In this document: one piece after another, positions 57,578 to 64,000 of the stretch
How positions within the stretch are numbered: position 1 is the first letter of the stretch
Layout of the letters: the number at the start of each line of letters is the position of its first letter
DNA from: Vulcanimicrobiota bacterium
GTDB lineage: Bacteria; Vulcanimicrobiota; Vulcanimicrobiia; Vulcanimicrobiales; Vulcanimicrobiaceae
Direction of reading: 5' to 3'
Assembly: GCA_963777315.1 (NCBI GenBank)
Contig: CAVZQC010000004.1
Coordinates: 768,001-832,000 of the forward strand
DNA length: 64,000 bases
Position numbers and translations under genes: made by a program
Notes under the pieces: model-generated
Told to the model about the DNA's origin: nothing
Seen by the model: only the letters and a program-made list of their open reading frames with translations
Databases searched by the model: none

Positions 57578-58103
57578 CGGCGGTTTCGTCCGCGGCCTGG
57601 GCGTCGAACGCCGCGCGTTTGTTCTTGGCGGCCGCCTCGGTCAGCGGCTGCTCCCCAGGCGCGGAATGCGGCGCGAGCGCCTCGCGGCCTTTGCGGACCG
57701 AGCCGAGCGCATTACTCAAACGCGCTTCCAGTTCGCCCAGCATCTGCGCGGCGTAACGGTCCGCGCCCTCACGCACTTTATACGAGCGCTGCTCGGCCTC
57801 GCGCAAGATGGTTTCCGCAGTTGCCCGAGCGCGCTGCACGATTTCGTGTTCGTCGAGCAATTCCTCATGTTTGGACGTGGCCTGCGTGACGATCGCTTGC
57901 GCCTTTTCTTGCGCGGAGCGGATCATCCGCTGCTGATCTTTGGCGATCAGTTTGGCGCGGCCGACTTCTTCGGGCAGCGATGCCCGAATTTTTTCGACGA
58001 ATTCGACCAAGCGCTCTTCGCTTAGGACGCGATATCCCGCGGGCAGCCACGTGCCTTCGTGGACGTACGTCTCCAGTTTCTCCAGTACGCGATAAACCGA
58101 CAT
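57552..58103 (-). CDS. Coiled-coil protein commonly found downstream of coaD
   Basis: IRASLPEEV..A, ARATAETILREAE..VREGADRYA; coaD synteny. Confidence 0.7.
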   Translation of the reverse strand: MSVYRVLEKLETYVHEGTWLPAGYRVLSEERLVEFVEKIRASLPEEVGRAKLIAKDQQRMIRSAQEKAQAIVTQATSKHEELLDEHEIVQRARATAETILREAEQRSYKVREGADRYAAQMLGELEARLSNALGSVRKGREALAPHSAPGEQPLTEAAAKNKRAAFDAQAADETAAMESVELV

Positions 58104-58116
58104 GCGATTCCTCCCT

Positions 58117-58635
58117 TTACGTTGACGTGCGAAGCGTTGCCCGCTTTGTGGCCATGACGCGCATTACCGGATCCGGGACCAATGCCGCGACGTCGCCGCC
58201 CAAGAAGAACACTTCTTTGACGATGCTCGAGCTAACGAACGAGTACTTTTGATCGGACATCAGGAACATCGTATCCACGTCCGAGAGCGCGCGGTTCATC
58301 AAGGCAGTCGACATTTCGTTTTCGAAGTCCGAAACGACGCGCAAGCCCTTGACGATCACGTCCGCTTCCTGATCCCGGACATAGTCTGCGAGCAGCCCGC
58401 GAAAATGTTCCACGCGGACGTTGCGCAGATGCGCCACGCAGCGCGCGATCATTTCCTCGCGCTGTTCCAGAGTGAACATGGTTTCACGCTTTTGCGGATT
58501 GACGACTACGGCAACGACGAGCTCGCCGAAGTACTTCGACGCGCGCTCGATGACGTCCAAATGGCCGTTCGTGGGAGGATCGAACGAACCGGGATAGACG
58601 GCGCGCGGCAAGCGGGAAAGGCTGCCGTTATTCAT
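58117..58635 (-). CDS. coaD: Phosphopantetheine adenylyltransferase
   Basis: YPGSFDPPTNGHLD, KGLRVVSDFENE, VSSSIVKE. Confidence 0.97.
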   Translation of the reverse strand: MNNGSLSRLPRAVYPGSFDPPTNGHLDVIERASKYFGELVVAVVVNPQKRETMFTLEQREEMIARCVAHLRNVRVEHFRGLLADYVRDQEADVIVKGLRVVSDFENEMSTALMNRALSDVDTMFLMSDQKYSFVSSSIVKEVFFLGGDVAALVPDPVMRVMATKRATLRTST

Positions 58636-59177
58636 TCGGTCGGCGTAAAGAAAGCCAGCGCGACATCGCCGTACACTTCTTCACGCACGCTCCGGTACCC
58701 CGGTATCTGCGGCAAAATCGTGCGCGCGCCGTGTTCGAAGATGACCGTGGCTTGCGGCGCGAGCAGCTTGCGTTCGAGCAGCAGGCGGAACATTTGCGAA
58801 GGAAGCTCGCTGTCGTACGGCGGGTCGGCGTACACGATGTCGAACGGTCCCTCCAGGCGGTACAGGGCGCGGTCCACCGGCGCCGCGACGACCGTCACCT
58901 TTTTCGCAACGCCGAACTGCGATGCCGCCTCCTCGATAGCTTCGGCGGTTTCCCGATGCCCTTCGACGCACACGACGGATGCGGCGCCCCGCGAAGCGGC
59001 TTCGAAACCGATGGCGCCCGTTCCGGAAAACAAATCCAGGAAACGCGAGCCGGCAATGCGCGGCTGCAGAATCGAAAACAGCGATTCCTTTACGCGCCCC
59101 GGAGTCGGGCGCACGTGCATGCCCTTGGGCGATTTGAGTTTGCGGCTTCCCAAATTCCCGCCGGTGATTTTCGGCAC
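58632..59177 (-). CDS. rsmD: 16S rRNA m2G966 methyltransferase
   Basis: RPTPGRVKESLFSIL, LDLFSGTGAIGFEAASRG, DPPY. Confidence 0.95.
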   Translation of the reverse strand: MPKITGGNLGSRKLKSPKGMHVRPTPGRVKESLFSILQPRIAGSRFLDLFSGTGAIGFEAASRGAASVVCVEGHRETAEAIEEAASQFGVAKKVTVVAAPVDRALYRLEGPFDIVYADPPYDSELPSQMFRLLLERKLLAPQATVIFEHGARTILPQIPGYRSVREEVYGDVALAFFTPTE

Positions 59178-59189
59178 GCGCGTGCTGTT

Positions 59190-59939
59190 CTACACCAAGG
59201 AGAGCAGTTCCGCGAGGCTGTGGATAACCGCGGTGGGCCGCGGCAAATCGTCCGGATAGGTGGTTCCTTCGGCGTCCAGCCAAACGGCGTTCATGCCGGC
59301 GTTCAACGAGCCGGCGATATCGCTCGCCGGCGTATCGCCGACGTAAGCAATTCTTTCCAGAGGCGCTTGCAGCGCATGCGCGAGTGCGGCAAAGGCTTGC
59401 GCGGCCGGCTTTTGCACGCCGATGTCCGAGCTCACGACGACGCGCCCCTCGAAACCGGCGCGCAGCGCCTTGCGCTGCTGCAGCGGAGACCAGCCGTTGG
59501 TCAGTATGGCGCTGCGCACGCCGAGTTCGCGCAATCCATGCAGCATTTCGCGCGCATCGGGCTGCGGTATGACGAAGCTGTCCACCATGTCGACGCACAT
59601 GCGCTTGTAGTGCTCCGGCCAAGAACCCTCGGAGTTGCCGTGCCGCGCCATGAATCGCTCGACCGCTTCTTCTATCGTGAATGCTCCGGCGCGCTGGTCG
59701 GCCAAAACCGCGTCGATGCATTCGATCTCTTCGGCCAGCGTTCCGATGCACCGGCCGCCGCGCTCGCAGGCGGCATCCAGCAGGCGCAAAAATGCGACCC
59801 GTTCGAGTTTATTGTCGATTCCGAGCGTGTGATCGAAATCGAAACCGACCGCCGCTATCCGGCGCCGGTTCCTTTTTGCGCCGGTTACTTCGGACCCGGA
59901 CCCTTGATGACGCGCACGAAATCGTTGGGCGCTATCCAT
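59190..59939 (-). CDS. HAD-IA family hydrolase
   Basis: FDFDHTL, LTNG, QKP, YVGDTPASDIAG; start uncertain. Confidence 0.85.
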   Translation of the reverse strand: MDSAQRFRARHQGSGSEVTGAKRNRRRIAAVGFDFDHTLGIDNKLERVAFLRLLDAACERGGRCIGTLAEEIECIDAVLADQRAGAFTIEEAVERFMARHGNSEGSWPEHYKRMCVDMVDSFVIPQPDAREMLHGLRELGVRSAILTNGWSPLQQRKALRAGFEGRVVVSSDIGVQKPAAQAFAALAHALQAPLERIAYVGDTPASDIAGSLNAGMNAVWLDAEGTTYPDDLPRPTAVIHSLAELLSLV

Positions 59940-62557
59940 CTCACGAGCGCGGTTTTCACCGCAGCCGGCGATGCGCCCAATTCCCGCGCCGCGTCGATCC
60001 GGGATTGATCCAGCGGCAGACCCAGTGACGCATAGCGCAGCAGCTCCGAAGCCACGCCCTCGAAACTCGCCTCGTGCAGCGGAACGTCGGCCATCAGCAT
60101 GGCCTTACTGCGCTGCAGCCGGGAAGATGCGATGTTGCCGCGCTGCAGCGAATGCAAATCGGCCAGCGCCAGCTGCTGGGCGGCAACGATCTTGTCGGGG
60201 TCGCATGCGTACCCGAGCGTGAAGGTGGCGCGGTTTTTGCTCGCGGACAGCGACGAGTACGCGTTGTAGACGTAGCCGTGGTTGACGCGCAGATCGTCCA
60301 TGAGCAGCGAGCCGAACCCTCCGCCGCCCAAGACGTTGTTGGCCACCTGCAGGAGCGCCCAATCGGGATCGGCCCGTTTGAGGTCGAGAACTTGCGCCAG
60401 CTGCACGTCGGACTGAACGCGGCCGACGTCCGGAACGACGACGCTCGAGCCGGAATTTTTGGGAACCTGCGGCAGCGCGACGTCGGGCCTGGGACCGCGC
60501 GCGTTCCAGCCGCCGAAATATTTCTCGAACGTGGCTTGTGCTTGCGCGGGCGTTACGTCGCCGATGACGACGACGGTCGTCATGTCCGGCCGGTACGCGG
60601 TCGAGTAGTACGCTTTCACGTCGCTCATGCTTACCGAGCCGGCCGTCAGCGGAGTCGGAAATTTCTGAAGGGGATCGGTAGCGGGATACAGGGCTTTGTT
60701 GAGTGCCACTTCGGTGAGATGATCCGGCGAGCTCATCTCCCCGGTCAAAGCGCCGACGGCTTGCCCTTTGACGATTTGAAAGGCTGCGTCGGGGAACGCC
60801 GGATGCAGCTCTTCATCAGCCAGCAGCTGTACGCCGCGATCGAAGTCGTTACTCAAAACGCGCAGCGAAAAGTCCGTTCCGGCCGTAACGTCCGCGGCAA
60901 TGCGATCGAGCTGCTCGCGCAACTGAATGCGCCCGTACGTCGTGGTTCCGAACGGAAATAGGCCGGCGACGACGTCGGCAACGCCCTGTTTTCCGGCCGG
61001 CGCCTGGATTGCTTCATTGCTGAGCACCAGCCCATGCACTTCAACGGTGCGCGTAACCGACTCGGGCTGCACGATGAGGCGCATGCCGTTGGAAAGCGTC
61101 ATCGACACCGGAGCCAGCGTTTGCGCCGGCACGCGGACGTTAGCAAACGCGGCCTGCGCCCAGCTCGGCAGGGCTTGCGGTTTCTCGGGCGTTATCGTGT
61201 TGTTTTCTTTGGCCGTTTCGGCGCCGCCGGTTCCTACTTTGCCCAAGTTTTTGGGCACAGCAAACGCTACGATGGCGCGGTCCGGATCGACGTACTTGCG
61301 TAAAACGCGGTTCACGTCCGCAACCGTGACGCTCTTCATTGCGGACAGCATTTCGTCCGGCGAGGATTCGCCCTGAGCCGCGACCGCGTCGCTCCACTCG
61401 AAAGCCAACCCTTGAATCGAGTTGCCGCGAAACTGCGCGTCGGCAATGGCCCGCTGTTTGGCGACTTGAATCAGATCAGCCGGCAAGCCGTTTTTTCGGT
61501 AAGCGCGCAATACCGCGCGAACGTCGTCGGCGGCCGTTTCCGCTTTGGTCGTCACCGGAACGATGGACAGCGCCGCACTGGCGGTGGCGTGCGCGTGCGA
61601 GTCGATGTCCTGGAATCCCGCGTACAGCGCTTTACCCGACGCTACCAAGCCGTACAGGTCTGCGCGCTGATTGTTGAGCACCGATTCGAGGATCTGCGCG
61701 GCTGCGTAATCCTTGTCTTTCCAGCCCGGCAGGCGGTATGAAAGCGCAATAATGGAGTACGGCTGATCGCTGTCGACGTGATACGTGGCGCTCTTGAGCG
61801 GCTCGAGCTTCACTTTCTCGCGCGCCGGAAGCGGCGCTGCCGGAATACTTCCGAAATACTTCGCGACTTTCTTTACCGTCGCCGGTCCGTCGACGTTGCC
61901 GGCGATGACGTAGACGGCATTGTTGGGGTGATACCAGCGCTCGTAGAAGCCGCGCAGCACCTTTGCATTAATCTGATGGTTGAACGAATACAGCGTCCCC
62001 AGGCCGTCCTTGGCGTAGGGCGTTCCTTTGAATATGGACGGAAGTATCGTGCGGATGAAAAGCTTTTGGATGGCAACGCTGTCGTCTTGCGTTACCTCCT
62101 GCTTGATGGCCCCGCTTTCGGCTTGCCAGCCGGATTGCGAAAGCGTAAGGTGTCTGGCGCGATCGGCTTCGACGCGCAGCGCGACGTCTAAGTACTGCGC
62201 GGGCACGTCGAAGTAGTATTGCGTGATTTCCGCTTGCGTGTCGGCATCGTAGGATCCGCCCAGCAGCTGAGCGATCTCGAAGAGCTGCGTTTGCGATACC
62301 CCGGGAGTTCCGCGAAACATCATGTGTTCCAGGGCGTGCGCCTGTCCGGGATACCGCTGCTCGTTCGAGCCGGCGCGATAATTGAGCACCGTGCTGACCA
62401 CCGGCGCGAGCGGATCGTGAACGACCACGACCTGCAATCCGTTTTTCAGCGTCGCGCGAGTGACTTTGAGCTGCTGCGCGGACGACGGCAAAGCAGGCAA
62501 GAGCAATAAGCCCAGCGCCAGCGAAGCGGCGCTCGCGACGCGCAATACTGTATTCAT
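59885..62557 (-). CDS. Secreted M16 (pitrilysin) family zinc peptidase
   Basis: Signal peptide; HALEHMMFRGT (HxxEH), WYHPNNA, duplicated second half. Confidence 0.92.
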   Translation of the reverse strand: MNTVLRVASAASLALGLLLLPALPSSAQQLKVTRATLKNGLQVVVVHDPLAPVVSTVLNYRAGSNEQRYPGQAHALEHMMFRGTPGVSQTQLFEIAQLLGGSYDADTQAEITQYYFDVPAQYLDVALRVEADRARHLTLSQSGWQAESGAIKQEVTQDDSVAIQKLFIRTILPSIFKGTPYAKDGLGTLYSFNHQINAKVLRGFYERWYHPNNAVYVIAGNVDGPATVKKVAKYFGSIPAAPLPAREKVKLEPLKSATYHVDSDQPYSIIALSYRLPGWKDKDYAAAQILESVLNNQRADLYGLVASGKALYAGFQDIDSHAHATASAALSIVPVTTKAETAADDVRAVLRAYRKNGLPADLIQVAKQRAIADAQFRGNSIQGLAFEWSDAVAAQGESSPDEMLSAMKSVTVADVNRVLRKYVDPDRAIVAFAVPKNLGKVGTGGAETAKENNTITPEKPQALPSWAQAAFANVRVPAQTLAPVSMTLSNGMRLIVQPESVTRTVEVHGLVLSNEAIQAPAGKQGVADVVAGLFPFGTTTYGRIQLREQLDRIAADVTAGTDFSLRVLSNDFDRGVQLLADEELHPAFPDAAFQIVKGQAVGALTGEMSSPDHLTEVALNKALYPATDPLQKFPTPLTAGSVSMSDVKAYYSTAYRPDMTTVVVIGDVTPAQAQATFEKYFGGWNARGPRPDVALPQVPKNSGSSVVVPDVGRVQSDVQLAQVLDLKRADPDWALLQVANNVLGGGGFGSLLMDDLRVNHGYVYNAYSSLSASKNRATFTLGYACDPDKIVAAQQLALADLHSLQRGNIASSRLQRSKAMLMADVPLHEASFEGVASELLRYASLGLPLDQSRIDAARELGASPAAVKTALVRWIAPNDFVRVIKGPGPK

Positions 62558-62602
62558 ATCGTCGCTTTACCGCTCGAGCGCCCTCGGGTCCTTCGCGCAG
62601 CT

Positions 62603-64000
62603 TCACGACGACAAGAGCATGGCTCTGGCGCTGGGCACGCCTTCGATGAGCGCCCGCAAGCCGGCGTACTCGGGTTTGTCCAGCGCGGGATCCGTCGCGA
62701 CGACCGCTTGCGCCACGGATTTTGCATCGCGATACACCGCAATGTCGGCAACCAAGTCGGCGACGCGAAACTCCGCCAAACCGGATTGCGCGGTGCCCGC
62801 GAACTGGCCGGGTCCGCGCAAGCGTAAATCCTGGTCCGCAATCGCAAAGCCGTCGACCGACTCGGTGAGGATCTGCAGGCGTTCGATCTCGCCGTCTTCG
62901 TCGGGAGCGATGAGCAAACAATAGGATTTGGCCGCGCCTCGCCCGACGCGCCCGCGCAGCTGATGCAGCTGCGCCAGCCCGTACCGCTGCGCGTCCAGCA
63001 CGACCATCACCGTGGCATTGGCCACGTCGATGCCGACCTCGATCACCGTCGTCGCCACCAAAATCGCGATCTCTTTGCGAATGAATCGCTGCATGACGTC
63101 GTCCTTTTCGCGCGACGGCATGCGCCCGTGCAGCAGACCGACCGTCAAGTCGGCAAAGGCGTCCTGCTGCAAACGCTGCGCTTCGGCGACCACGCTGGTG
63201 AGGTCGCTCTCGGACTCGTCGATGGCCGGCGCAACGATATACGCTTGGCGCCCGGCCGCCACGTTTTCTCGCACGAACTCGTACGCCATGTGCAGCCTGC
63301 TCTTGCGCAGCGCAAACGTTTCTATGGGAGTGCGCCCCGGCGGCAGCTCGTCGATGGTGCTCACGTCGAGGTCCGCGTAAATCGATTGCGCGAGGGTGCG
63401 CGGAATCGGCGTCGCGGTCATGTGCAGCGTGTGCGGGGACACGCCTTTGGCGCGCAGTTTCGCGCGCTGCTGCACGCCGAAGCGATGCTGCTCATCGACG
63501 ATCGCAAGGCCCAGGCGCGCAAACTCCACGCTTTCGGTGATGAGCGCATGCGTGCCGACCGCCACGGCAGCTTCTCCGGAGGCGATTTTCGCCGTTGCCC
63601 GCGCGCGCGACTTGGCCGGCAAGCTACCGTACACGGCTTCAACGCCGATTCCGAACGGCACGAGGAGCGGAGCCAGTTTCGCCGCGTGCTGCGCGGCGAG
63701 AATTTCAGTGGGGGCCATCAGCGCGGATTGCGCGCCGTTGCGCGAGGCCAGGAGTATCGCGCCGGCCGCGACCAGCGTCTTGCCGCTGCCGACGTCGCCC
63801 TGCAGCAGACGATTCATCGCCGCATCCTGCGCCATGTCGTTCCAGATTTCGGCAAGCACGCGATGCTGCGCGGCGGTCAACGCAAACGGCAGCTCGCGTT
63901 CGAACTCTCCGGCAAGTGCGGGATCGATCCGCAAAGCGCGAGCGTTGCGCTCGCGAGCGCGCGCGCTGCGCTTGAGCTCGGACGCCAATGCCAGCGCCAG
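62603..64000 (-). CDS. recG: ATP-dependent DNA helicase RecG, 5'-truncated by window edge
   Basis: RLLQGDVGSGKT, DEQHRFGV, MTATPIPRTL, QLHQLRGRVGRG, DLRLRGPG. Confidence 0.97.
   Translation of the reverse strand: MALALASELKRSARARERNARALRIDPALAGEFERELPFALTAAQHRVLAEIWNDMAQDAAMNRLLQGDVGSGKTLVAAGAILLASRNGAQSALMAPTEILAAQHAAKLAPLLVPFGIGVEAVYGSLPAKSRARATAKIASGEAAVAVGTHALITESVEFARLGLAIVDEQHRFGVQQRAKLRAKGVSPHTLHMTATPIPRTLAQSIYADLDVSTIDELPPGRTPIETFALRKSRLHMAYEFVRENVAAGRQAYIVAPAIDESESDLTSVVAEAQRLQQDAFADLTVGLLHGRMPSREKDDVMQRFIRKEIAILVATTVIEVGIDVANATVMVVLDAQRYGLAQLHQLRGRVGRGAAKSYCLLIAPDEDGEIERLQILTESVDGFAIADQDLRLRGPGQFAGTAQSGLAEFRVADLVADIAVYRDAKSVAQAVVATDPALDKPEYAGLRALIEGVPSARAMLLSS

Overview
This is a high-GC bacterial chromosomal window with no mobile elements, CRISPR arrays, tRNAs or rRNAs that I can detect. 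1-8.9 kb holds an amino-sugar/glycosylation module (rffA-like aminotransferase, GNAT, SAM methyltransferase, PhyH-family dioxygenase, two GT2s), then an ExeA-like ATPase and an unknown partner. 8.9-31.6 kb (minus strand) is a flagellar cluster: flgBC-fliE, a GT39, flgF-G-A-H-I-J-N-K-L, fliW, csrA, fliC, three glycosyltransferases, flaG, fliD, fliS and a fliT-like gene. 31.6-64 kb is mostly housekeeping: MsbA-like ABC transporter, photolyase, an ECF sigma/anti-sigma-TonB pair, Moco/sulfur-relay genes, queG, an ATP-grasp ligase, phoU, beta-oxidation enzymes, a Crp regulator and recG-M16 peptidase-HAD-rsmD-coaD. L/P rings together with FliW-CsrA and recG-rsmD-coaD synteny suggest a diderm Terrabacteria lineage such as Eremiobacterota (inference only). 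The most notable observations are: (1) a flgF 5' leader with two mutually exclusive folds, one of which hides the RBS; (2) a zinc anti-sigma domain fused to a TonB C-terminal domain; (3) sigma28-like promoters even on basal-body genes, with no flgM in its usual position; (4) an 81-bp tandem repeat encoding a small coupled ORF between flgI and flgJ; (5) a probable flagellin glycosylation island with a dioxygenase. Five single-base insertions break or fuse ORFs and are probably sequencing errors.
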